Shown: positions 1-8,137, numbered from the stretch's first letter. The stretch: DNA of 32,763 nt from Acidimicrobiia bacterium (GCA_041577335.1 JBFGJH010000005.1:62001-94763), one strand, 5' to 3'. Notes: a model not told the origin generated them from the letters alone. A program made the numbers and translations.

Positions 1-3000
1 GAGCTGTCGCAGCATGGGTCGCACATAGTTCCACGCACCCATATTGGCGGGCTCTTCCTGGGCCCACCACAGGTCGACGTCCGCGCCGTGCGATTCGAGC
101 ACAGCCGCGACTTCATCGGCAGGCAGCGGATATAGCTGCTCGAGCCGCACGACCGCCACGTTCACCCCCAACTCCTCGCGCCGCGCAACCAGGTCGTAGT
201 AGACCTTGCCGGAGCAGAGCACCATTCGGCGAGCCGACCCGAAGTCTGGGTCGGTCAAGACCGGTTGGAACGCACCGCCAGTGATCACCGAGGTTTCCGA
301 GAATGATGGGCGGGTCCGAAGAAGGCTCTTGGGGGTGAAGATGATCGCCGGCTTCTTGGCCGACGACTTCACCTGGCGACGCAGCATGTGGAAGTAGGAA
401 CCTGCCGACGACGGCACCAAGACCCGCCAGTTGTTCTCCGCCGACGACTGCAGGTACCGCTCGATGCGAGCTGACGAATGCTCCGGGCCTTGACCTTCGA
501 AGCCATGCGGCAAAAGCATCACCAGGCTGGAACGCTGGCCCCATTTGTCCTCACCGGCAGAGATGAACTGATCGACGATCACTTGGGCGCCGTTGGCGAA
601 GTCGCCGAACTGCCCCTCCCACATCACGAGCGCGTCCGGTGATTCGATCGAATAGCCATATTCGAAGCCCACCGCGGCGAACTCGCTGAGCAAAGAATCG
701 ACGATCCGCAGGCGGGCGCGGTCGGCGTAGAGATCTTGCAGCGCCAGCCAATCCTCTCCGGTGTTGAAGTCGGTGAGGGCGGCATGCCGATGCGAGAACG
801 TGCCGCGTTGCGAGTCCTCGCCGGCGAGACGGACCCAGTGGCCCTCAGCCTTCAACGAGCCCATCGCCAGAGCTTCGGCGACCGCCCAATCAACATGCCC
901 TTCCTCCAGCATCTTCTGGCGGCTTTCGACAATTCGCTCGAGCTTGGGGTGGACCGTGAAACCATCGGGAAGCGTCGAGATTGCGCCGATGATCTCCTCA
1001 ACGATGGCCGGACCGATGGCAGTGACCCCATCGGCCTCAGCAACGTCTTGCGGGGCGGTGGAAGACGGTCGGGCGGGGGTTTCCCGTGTCTCCTCGAACG
1101 CCCGGCTGAGCAGGGTTCGGAACTCCTCCAGCAGCTGTTCGCCCTCTTCCAGAGAAAGCACCCCGGTGTTCACGAGGCGTTCGAGATAGAGCTTTCGGAC
1201 CGACCGTGTGGCGTCGATGATCCGGTACATGATCGGTTGTGTGAAGGACGGCTCGTCGCCCTCATTGTGGCCACGTCGTCGGTACGCGATCATGTCGATG
1301 ACTACGTCTTTGTTGAAGGCCTGGCGGAAGGCAAAGGCAAGCCGGGTCGCCCGAACCACCGCTTCTGGATCGTCGCCATTCACGTGAATGATGGGAGCGG
1401 CCACCGTCTTGGCGACGTCTGTGGCATAGAAGCTCGACCGGGCATCGAGGGTCGAGGTCGTGAAACCCACCTGGTTGTTGATCACCACGTGAACGGTTCC
1501 ACCCGTGCGATACCCGCGCAGCTGCGAGAGGTTCAGCGTCTCGGCGACCACGCCCTGGCCGGCAAACGCCGCGTCGCCGTGCATCAACACCGGGAGCACC
1601 TTGTGGTGCCCGTAGCTGCCATGACGCTCTTGCTTCGCCCGGGCGATGCCTTCCAACACCGGGTCGACGGCCTCCAGGTGACTCGGGTTGGCGGCGACAC
1701 TGACCTCGATCTTCTTCCCAAACGGGGTCTCGTGGATGCCGGTGGCGCCGAGGTGATACTTCACGTCGCCGGATCCCTGGGTCAGGTCGACGTCCATGTC
1801 ACCTTCAAACTCACGGAACACCTTGGCATAAGACTTCCCGATGATGTTGGCCAGGACATTGAGCCGCCCTCGATGCGCCATCGCCATGGCGACTTCTTCC
1901 ATGTCGTCGTCGACGGCTGCGGTCAGCAACGTATCGAGCAGTGGAATGAGGCTTTCTGAGCCCTCCAGGCCGAAACGCTTGTGGCCTATGTACTTCGTGT
2001 GGAGGAATGTCTCAAAAGCCTCGGCTTCGTTGAGCTTGCGGAGGATGCGGATTTTGTCCTCTTTGGCAACCTCACCGCTCGCCCCTTCGAGTCGATCCTG
2101 TACCCACGCCTTCTGCTCTGGGTCGGGAATGTGCATGAACTCGACGCCAATGGTCCGGCAATAGGCGTTACGCAGGACACTCAGAATGTCACCGAGTTTC
2201 ATGACGGGTTTTCCTGCCAGGCCGCCCGTGGCGAACTCGCGATCGAGATCCCAGATCGTCAGGCCATAGCTGAGCGGATCGAGCTCCTTGTGAAGCGCCG
2301 GCTTCTTCTGACGGAGCGGATCGAGGTCGGCGATGAGATGGCCACGAACACGGTGCATGTTGATGAGCTGGAATACCTGAGCTTGCTTCTCCGCCCAGGC
2401 TGAGCTGCCGGCCGGTGGGTTGTCGTCGGGCGCCCACACGGCCGGCGTATAAGGGATGCCCATTGCGTCGAAGATGTCGTCGTAGAAACCGTCGGCTCCA
2501 AGCAGGAGTTGGTGAATTCGAGCGAGGAAAACGCCCGACGCCGCACCCTGGATCACGCGGTGGTCATAGGTCGAGGTCATGTTGATGACTCGCCCGATGC
2601 CCTGGCGTGCCAAGAATCTGGGATCCGACGCCGAATACTCTGCTGGGTAGGCAATTGCCCCAACACCAACGATGAGGCCATGGTCCGGCATGAGCCGTGG
2701 CACCGATTGAACCGTCCCGATGGTGCCCGGGTTGGTGAGGCTCACGGTGGTCCCGGCAAAGTCTTCGGGGGTGATCTGGTTGGCGCGCACACGCCGGACG
2801 ACGTCCTCATAGGCCAGCCAAAAGGCGGAGAAGTCCATCGTGTCTGCCTGTTTGATGTTGGGGACCAACAGGCTGCGTGACCCGTCTTTGCGAGGCACAT
2901 CGATGGCTATCCCGAGGTTGATGTGATCGTGGCGAACGATGTGTGGCTTGTCGTCGATGACCTCATAGGCGACGCTCATTTCGGGCTGTTCCACCAGGGC

Positions 3001-3453
3001 GCGAACCACGGCCCAGCCGATGAGGTGCGTGAAGCTCACTTTTCCGCCGAATGCCAGCCGCTGCAGCTGGTTGTTCATGATGCGCCGGTTGACTTCGAGC
3101 AGTTTGGCCGGAATCGACCGGACCGAAGTTGCTGTGGGCACGGTCAGGCTGTCATCCATGCGTTCGGCGATGAGCGCCGCGACACCCTTCAGCAGTTCAG
3201 GCGCCGGGTCGTCCGATCCGGTCGTCTCGGCAGGCTCGGGCGGCGTTTTGGCCGGCTCTGCCACCTTGGGAGCCGCATCCGTCGAGGCGGGAGCAGGCGC
3301 CGCCGGGGAGGGCTGAGTGGTCGTCGCGAAGCCGGGCGCGTAATCACTGAAGAACTCTTTCCACGCCTCACTCACCGAGTCGGGAGAGCGGAGGTATTTC
3401 TGGTACATCTCGTCGACGAGCCAGATGTTGGCATGGGCCTTGTCTTTGGGCAT
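1..3453 (-). CDS. kgd: Multifunctional 2-oxoglutarate decarboxylase/dehydrogenase (E2-E1 fusion, Kgd/OdhA type), 3' end outside window
   Basis: Missing from the ORF track because there is no stop in the window. Manual translation gives N-term MPKDKAHANIWLVDEMYQKYLRSPDSVSEAWKEFFSDY, E2-like MTSTYDHRVIQGA (~2545-2580), ThDP motif LMHGDAAFAGQG (~1555-1587), and QEEPANMGAWNYV near position 1-60 in the same frame. Confidence 0.97.
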   Translation of the reverse strand, partial: MPKDKAHANIWLVDEMYQKYLRSPDSVSEAWKEFFSDYAPGFATTTQPSPAAPAPASTDAAPKVAEPAKTPPEPAETTGSDDPAPELLKGVAALIAERMDDSLTVPTATSVRSIPAKLLEVNRRIMNNQLQRLAFGGKVSFTHLIGWAVVRALVEQPEMSVAYEVIDDKPHIVRHDHINLGIAIDVPRKDGSRSLLVPNIKQADTMDFSAFWLAYEDVVRRVRANQITPEDFAGTTVSLTNPGTIGTVQSVPRLMPDHGLIVGVGAIAYPAEYSASDPRFLARQGIGRVINMTSTYDHRVIQGAASGVFLARIHQLLLGADGFYDDIFDAMGIPYTPAVWAPDDNPPAGSSAWAEKQAQVFQLINMHRVRGHLIADLDPLRQKKPALHKELDPLSYGLTIWDLDREFATGGLAGKPVMKLGDILSVLRNAYCRTIGVEFMHIPDPEQKAWVQDRLEGASGEVAKEDKIRILRKLNEAEAFETFLHTKYIGHKRFGLEGSESLIPLLDTLLTAAVDDDMEEVAMAMAHRGRLNVLANIIGKSYAKVFREFEGDMDVDLTQGSGDVKYHLGATGIHETPFGKKIEVSVAANPSHLEAVDPVLEGIARAKQERHGSYGHHKVLPVLMHGDAAFAGQGVVAETLNLSQLRGYRTGGTVHVVINNQVGFTTSTLDARSSFYATDVAKTVAAPIIHVNGDDPEAVVRATRLAFAFRQAFNKDVVIDMIAYRRRGHNEGDEPSFTQPIMYRIIDATRSVRKLYLERLVNTGVLSLEEGEQLLEEFRTLLSRAFEETRETPARPSSTAPQDVAEADGVTAIGPAIVEEIIGAISTLPDGFTVHPKLERIVESRQKMLEEGHVDWAVAEALAMGSLKAEGHWVRLAGEDSQRGTFSHRHAALTDFNTGEDWLALQDLYADRARLRIVDSLLSEFAAVGFEYGYSIESPDALVMWEGQFGDFANGAQVIVDQFISAGEDKWGQRSSLVMLLPHGFEGQGPEHSSARIERYLQSSAENNWRVLVPSSAGSYFHMLRRQVKSSAKKPAIIFTPKSLLRTRPSFSETSVITGGAFQPVLTDPDFGSARRMVLCSGKVYYDLVARREELGVNVAVVRLEQLYPLPADEVAAVLESHGADVDLWWAQEEPANMGAWNYVRPMLRQL

Positions 3454-3459
3454 GCGCCA

Positions 3460-3465
3460 ATGCTA
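3460..3465 (-). promoter_or_regulatory. -10 element TAGCAT, 6 nt before the kgd ATG (leaderless promoter)
   Basis: TAGCAT-TGGCGC-ATG, no Shine-Dalgarno. Confidence 0.65.
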
Positions 3466-3540
3466 ACGATGTGGCCTGCTCGCTCGCATGCTCAGCTCCA
3501 ACGAGGTGAGCTGTACCAAGGAAGTGTTGCTGGGCGTCGG

Positions 3541-3840
3541 TTACTGGGCGTCGGCCAAGAGCCTGCGGCGGGTTTGCTCGTCTCGCTTGCGTCCCCGCTC
3601 GATTGCCTTCTGCTTCTCTGCGTCGCGGTCACGAGGCGGCGACTTGGTCACGAGGGCATCGAGCAACGCGGTCGTGGCCGCGGCGATTTCTTCGATCGCC
3701 CGGTCGAACACCTCTCGATTGGCCTCACTCGGCTTGGTCATGCCACTGACCTTGCGCACGTATTGGAGCGCAGACGCTTCGATCTCGTCTGGCGTGGTGG
3801 CGGGCTCGAAGTTGAACAGGGGCTTGATGTTGCGACACAT
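3541..3840 (-). CDS. DUF2277 family protein
   Basis: MCRNIKPLFNFEPATTPDEIEASALQYVRKVSG is the typical family N-terminus; leaderless TACACT-N6-ATG (3847-3852). Confidence 0.9.
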   Translation of the reverse strand: MCRNIKPLFNFEPATTPDEIEASALQYVRKVSGMTKPSEANREVFDRAIEEIAAATTALLDALVTKSPPRDRDAEKQKAIERGRKRDEQTRRRLLADAQ

Positions 3841-3935
3841 GAGCACAGTGTACGGACGCCTGTGAGTCTTAGCGGGGGAGGTTGGGGCGAGGGAATGAAG
3901 AACCGGGCGCCCGTCTCATACGTACTGTTCAGGTA

Positions 3936-4466
3936 ATGGGAGACCAACGCCTTCTGAGGCGCTTCAAGAAAGGTGATCCTGATGCGGTCCGAGAGCTGTA
4001 TCACGACCACGGGAGGGCCATATTCACGGTCGCATATGGCGCACTCGGCGACCGGTCGCTTGCGGAGGAAGCCGTGCAACTGACGTTCACCAAGGCCTGG
4101 CAGGCCGCCGACCGCTTCGATACCGAGCGCGAGATCGCGCCGTGGCTCTACGCCATTGCCCGACGCGCCGCCGTCGACCTCTACCGCCGTGAGCGCCGCC
4201 ACGAGACCAGCGACCTCGACACGGACATGGCGGTTCTTCCCCCTTCGTTCGAAGGGATGTGGGAAGCGTGGATGGTGCGGTCGGCGCTCGACCAGCTCCC
4301 CGACGATGAGCGCAAGGTCGTCGAAGCCACGCATTTCCTACAGCTGACGATGGCGGAGACAGCCGCCGAACTCGGTATCCCCTTGGGAACCGTGAAGTCG
4401 CGCAGTTCTCGGGCATACCGTCGCCTGGCTGAGATCCTGGGATACCTGCGGGAGGCAACCGCGTGA
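3936..4466 (+). CDS. ECF RNA polymerase sigma factor (SigK-like)
   Basis: Region 2 AEEAVQLTFTKAW...WLYAIARRAAVDLYRR; region 4 LGIPLGTVKSR; start taken at ATG 3936. Confidence 0.93.
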   Translation: MGDQRLLRRFKKGDPDAVRELYHDHGRAIFTVAYGALGDRSLAEEAVQLTFTKAWQAADRFDTEREIAPWLYAIARRAAVDLYRRERRHETSDLDTDMAVLPPSFEGMWEAWMVRSALDQLPDDERKVVEATHFLQLTMAETAAELGIPLGTVKSRSSRAYRRLAEILGYLREATA

Positions 4467-5092
4467 ATTGCACCGACTTTCAAGCCGAATTCCTCGCTGG
4501 TCGCATGACCCGGGCTGCCGACGCTCATCTGGCGGGCTGTTCGAATTGTCGATCCAGCCTGACCGAGCTCCGGTCGATACGCTCGGTCATCGAAGATCCG
4601 TCCACATGGGAACAGCCGTCTCAGGGCCTCGAATCCCGCGTCGTGAGCGACATTGGCGCGTTGACGACCACCAAGCCCGCCGCCGCGAAGCTGTGGCCTG
4701 CAGTTGTGGCGATCGCCGCGTCGCTCATCTTGATCGCTGCCACGGTGGCATTTGTCATCCAAGCTCGGCCTGATTGGACGCTTGCGCTCGAAGCGACCGA
4801 CGTTGAACCCACCGCCGCCGCAACGGTCGACGGCTGGAATACCGAGACCGGGACGAGAATGCGCCTCGAAGTGTCCGGCTTGCCCGCGCTCGCCTCCGAC
4901 ACGTACTACGAAATCTGGCTCACGTCGCCCGATGGCCGCCATGTTTCGGCGGGGACATTCACGGGATCGGGCCAGGTCGACGCCACCATTGCCGTTCGTC
5001 GCTCCGAATTCCCACGGGTGTGGATCACCGTTGAAACCAACGATGACGACGAGTCATTGTCGGGTGAAACGGTGCTCGACACGCCCCAATAG
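4463..5092 (+). CDS. Anti-sigma factor: ZAS zinc motif, one TM helix, RskA-like C-terminal domain
   Basis: C-x18-HLAGCSNC; hydrophobic LWPAVVAIAASLILIAATVAFVI; YYEIWL...VSAGTF...ITVE; GTGA overlap with the sigma stop. Confidence 0.88.
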   Translation: MNCTDFQAEFLAGRMTRAADAHLAGCSNCRSSLTELRSIRSVIEDPSTWEQPSQGLESRVVSDIGALTTTKPAAAKLWPAVVAIAASLILIAATVAFVIQARPDWTLALEATDVEPTAAATVDGWNTETGTRMRLEVSGLPALASDTYYEIWLTSPDGRHVSAGTFTGSGQVDATIAVRRSEFPRVWITVETNDDDESLSGETVLDTPQ

Positions 5093-5110
5093 TTTTTCTC
5101 GAAATTCCCC

Positions 5111-5139
5111 TCAAGAACCCGGGGGCTACCTGCCGATAA
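5111..5139 (+). promoter_or_regulatory. sigma28 (FliA/WhiG)-like promoter TCAAG-N16-GCCGATAA
   Basis: GCCGATAA is the canonical sigma28 -10; the same architecture recurs at 31077-31103. Confidence 0.55.
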
Positions 5140-5186
5140 CACAAAGTGACTAGACAGTAGGGGTCTGGTTTGAAGGGGAGGCTTCC

Positions 5187-5321
5187 ATGCATATGGAGCC
5201 GAGAGAAAGTCAACGCTATGGGCCACCTGCCGAGTCCCAATCGTTCATTTCAAATTCGCTTGCCGAGATGGGCGCGATGGTCGCTGCCGCTCAGGATCTC
5301 GTGACGCACCACGCTGCGTAG
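5187..5321 (+). CDS. Small hypothetical protein, 44 aa (MHMEPRESQRYGPPAESQSFISNSLAEMGAMVAAAQDLVTHHAA)
   Basis: Strong RBS GAAGGGGAGG at 5172-5181 and an upstream sigma28-like promoter; below the ORF-track length cutoff. Confidence 0.5.
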   Translation: MHMEPRESQRYGPPAESQSFISNSLAEMGAMVAAAQDLVTHHAA

Positions 5322-5450
5322 CGCTTCCTGGAGGCATCAATCGTGCCCTACCGGCGGGTGGGGCGACGGGAACGAGGAGAGAGGCGCCTCGTGTTGGAGT
5401 GCTGACCGCCGTGGCGATCGTCCCCGCCACCGCGGTTAGGCTCCACCCCG

Positions 5451-5906
5451 ATGTCTTCTGGCGATCTCGCGCGCGCCGCAGTCCTGTTCAACGAGGTGTG
5501 GGACATCCTCGACCAGACCGAGCGTTCACCGTTGGACAACGAGCACATGCTCAGCGCCGCTCTCGAGTCTCGCAACCTCTGGCGGCCGTCGGGGTCCCCA
5601 ACGAACCATGCCATTTCCGACTGGCAGGTCTCTCGGGTGTACGCCGAACTGGGCGATGGCGCCAATGCCCTGACGTTCGCAGAGATGTCGCTGGCAGTGT
5701 GTGAAGCACACCAGCTGGGCGCCTTCCTCGAAGGATATGCGCACGAAGCTATTGCCCGCTCCCACGTCGTCTCGGCAGATCCGGCATCAGCGCGTCGGCA
5801 CATCCATCAAGCGACGATTCAGGCCGGCCGGGTGGCAGACGAAGGCGAGCGCCGGCTCCTCGACGACGATCTCGCCGATATCGAACGGCGTCTCGCCGCT
5901 ATCTGA
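5451..5906 (+). CDS. Conserved hypothetical all-helical (TPR-like) protein
   Basis: LFNEVWDIL...MLSAALESRNLW...WQVSRVYAELG...YAHEAIAR pattern; coding-like codon usage; TAGGCT-N8-ATG. Confidence 0.75.
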   Translation: MSSGDLARAAVLFNEVWDILDQTERSPLDNEHMLSAALESRNLWRPSGSPTNHAISDWQVSRVYAELGDGANALTFAEMSLAVCEAHQLGAFLEGYAHEAIARSHVVSADPASARRHIHQATIQAGRVADEGERRLLDDDLADIERRLAAI

Positions 5907-5954
5907 GCCGGTGGGCTCTGTGGGCAGGCTCCGCCCGCAGGTCGCCGCGATTCT

Positions 5955-5974
5955 TTAGGGACTTTCGGCCCTAT
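5955..5974. promoter_or_regulatory. DosR/DevR-like binding box
   Basis: TTAGGGACTTTCGGCCCTAT, 15/20 identical to the palindromic Dev box TTAGGGACTAAAGTCCCTAA; centred ~42.5 bp upstream of ATG 6007. Confidence 0.7.
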
Positions 5975-5994
5975 GAGGGCTGAGATTTATTTCG

Positions 5995-6015
5995 TAGTTT
6001 CACACTATGAAACTA
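5995..6015. promoter_or_regulatory. Perfect 8-5-8 inverted repeat over the -10 and start codon; putative Rrf2 autoregulatory operator
   Basis: TAGTTTCA-CACTA-TGAAACTA; the left arm contains -10 TAGTTT, followed 6 nt later by ATG. Confidence 0.55.
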
Positions 6016-6417
6016 GAGATTCTCCCCCGCACGGATCTGGCAGTTCGTGCGATCCGTTATCTCGATGCCCATCCGGGCGCCAACAGTATCGCCATGGCCG
6101 AGGCGCTCGGCACCACCTTCGGGTACCTGACCCAGATCCTTCGCCCACTCGTCGAAGCGGGCTACCTGACCAGTTCTCGTGGGCCCAATGGCGGCTACCG
6201 CCTCTCTGCCAAGTCCGCTTCGCTCTCGGTGCTGGACACCATCGAATGCATGGAGGGCCCCACCGACGACGGAGTCTGCGTTCTGCGGGGCTCGACCTGT
6301 GACGCTCGCAACCCGTGCTCGCTCCACGATGCCTGGACGTCCGCGCGTTCCGCCTTGATCACCGAACTTGAAAACATCCCCGTAGTCGGGGCCCGAGAAA
6401 GGACAGCGACATGCTGA
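6007..6417 (+). CDS. Rrf2 family Fe-S transcriptional regulator (NsrR-like)
   Basis: TDLAVRA N-terminal helix, wing motif SSRGPNGGYRL, C-x6-C-x5-C-x2-H cluster motif; directly upstream of nirK. Confidence 0.92.
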   Translation: MKLEILPRTDLAVRAIRYLDAHPGANSIAMAEALGTTFGYLTQILRPLVEAGYLTSSRGPNGGYRLSAKSASLSVLDTIECMEGPTDDGVCVLRGSTCDARNPCSLHDAWTSARSALITELENIPVVGARERTATC

Positions 6418-8060
6418 CTGAAGAGCGTAAGAACACGGCTGAGAGCCATCCGTATCGCGTTCCCCCCCACCCTCACTTCACGCTCGGCTCCGTTGCCGTG
6501 ATTGGCGTGGTGATCGCGGTCATTGCCGCCCTGATGGGCTTCGGCACTGCGCTAAGCCTGGCGAATCGCGACGACATGGACCGAGCGCTGGTCGAGAACG
6601 CCATTGACGAGCGGTTCGACGCACGCGCTCAGACCTTTGTTGAAGAGCTGCCTGCATCGTCGGCTGTGGTCGTCGCACCCGCCGGCGAAGCGCAGGCAGC
6701 GGAATTCGGCTCCGTGTTGCCAGAACTGACCCCGATCGACCAGCTGCAGCTAGCTCCTGAATCCGAGGTCAACACCTCGTATGCCCCGAACGTTCCCCCG
6801 GCCTCGGGACGTACCGCGCCTGCGATCGTTGAGGTCGAGTTCGATGTCGTCGAGAACGTGAGCATCATCGACCCGGCAACTGGCCTCGAGTTCGAAACCT
6901 GGGGCTATCGGTTGGCTGGCGACGATGCGTCGGTGGCGACGGGCACGCCCGGGCCCATGGTGCGCGCCCGGGTTGGGGACGTGCTCCGATTCAAGATCAA
7001 CAATCCGGCCGAAAACGCCAGCTCACATAACGTGGATTTCCATGCAGTCACCGGTCAAGGCGGCGGCGCGGCTGCCAGCCTGGTAGCACCAGGTGAGACG
7101 GCAGTCTTCGAAGCCCGGATGCTCTACCCCGGAATCTTCATGTACCACTGTGCTGCAGGCGACGTTCCAGCCCACATCGCACATGGCATGTACGGCGGAA
7201 TCCTCGTCGACCCAGAAACGCCGCTGCCCGCCGCCGAAAAAGAGTTCTACGTGGTGCAGTCGGAGTATTACCTCACCGAGGGCGAGGACGGCACGGTCAT
7301 CCTCGACCGCCAGGCGCTCACCGATGAGAACCCGCAGGCCGTTGTCTTCAATGGCGCCAAGGGTGCGATCGCAGGCGACAACGCACTGCAGATGGCAGTC
7401 GGCGACAGGGCTCGGTTCTACTTCGTGAACGCCGGCCTCAACCTCGATTCGAACTTCCATCCGATCGGATCGCACTGGGATGCGGTCTGGCCTGAGGGAG
7501 CCACGCTGAATCCGCCGCTGCGAGGATCGCAAACCACCCTCGTTCCGGCAGGAGGTGGCGTGGTGGTCGATCTGCTCGGTCAAGTGCCTTCCGACATCGT
7601 CCTCGTAGACCATGCCCTCACCAGGGCGTTCGACAAGGGCGCCATCGGCATCGTGTCCGTGGTGGGTGACGAGAACCCGGAGATATTCTCGGTAGGCGAA
7701 AGTGAGGCAGCCCCGACAGAGGCCGCCCCGGCAGTAGAGGCCAACCCCGACGCCGTCGAAGTGGCCATGCCGCTGGGGGCGTGGGCACCGCAGCCACTCG
7801 ACGCTGCCGACGAATTCGACGACGTCGAGAACCCTGTCGACTACTCGGTCAACGTGCTCACAGTGCCAGTAGGCACCACTGTGGAGTGGGTGAACAATGA
7901 CGACCAGGCTCACACGGTCACGGACGTCGAGGGATTGTTCGACTCCGGCACCATGGGGCAAGGAGACCGTTTCAGCTTCACCTTCGACACACCTGGCACC
8001 TACGAGTACTTCTGCATTCCCCATCCCTGGATGCGGGCGAGGGTTGTCGTAGAGGGTTGA
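6411..8060 (+). CDS. nirK: Copper-containing nitrite reductase with N-terminal membrane anchor and C-terminal fused cupredoxin
   Basis: HNVDFHAVTGQGGG, FMYHCAAGDVPAHIAHGMYG (T1/T2 Cu ligands and catalytic Asp), FHPIG, LVDHA; C-terminal HTVT...YFCIPHPWM. Confidence 0.92.
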   Translation: MLTEERKNTAESHPYRVPPHPHFTLGSVAVIGVVIAVIAALMGFGTALSLANRDDMDRALVENAIDERFDARAQTFVEELPASSAVVVAPAGEAQAAEFGSVLPELTPIDQLQLAPESEVNTSYAPNVPPASGRTAPAIVEVEFDVVENVSIIDPATGLEFETWGYRLAGDDASVATGTPGPMVRARVGDVLRFKINNPAENASSHNVDFHAVTGQGGGAAASLVAPGETAVFEARMLYPGIFMYHCAAGDVPAHIAHGMYGGILVDPETPLPAAEKEFYVVQSEYYLTEGEDGTVILDRQALTDENPQAVVFNGAKGAIAGDNALQMAVGDRARFYFVNAGLNLDSNFHPIGSHWDAVWPEGATLNPPLRGSQTTLVPAGGGVVVDLLGQVPSDIVLVDHALTRAFDKGAIGIVSVVGDENPEIFSVGESEAAPTEAAPAVEANPDAVEVAMPLGAWAPQPLDAADEFDDVENPVDYSVNVLTVPVGTTVEWVNNDDQAHTVTDVEGLFDSGTMGQGDRFSFTFDTPGTYEYFCIPHPWMRARVVVEG

Positions 8061-8075
8061 GTGCTACATCCCAGC

Positions 8076-8111
8076 ACGAAAGAACCGGCGCAACGGCGCC
8101 GGTTCTTTCGT
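8076..8111. terminator. Bidirectional intrinsic terminator
   Basis: ACGAAAGAACCGGCGC-AACG-GCGCCGGTTCTTTCGT, perfect 16-bp stem between convergent genes. Confidence 0.9.
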
Positions 8112-8137
8112 TTCCGAAGGTTCCTGCTGGGAAGGGC

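Noticed and set aside
736..3936. Long plus-strand ORFs (407, 337, 140, 123 aa)
   Set aside because: Antisense shadows of the kgd gene, which the track missed because it has no stop in the window
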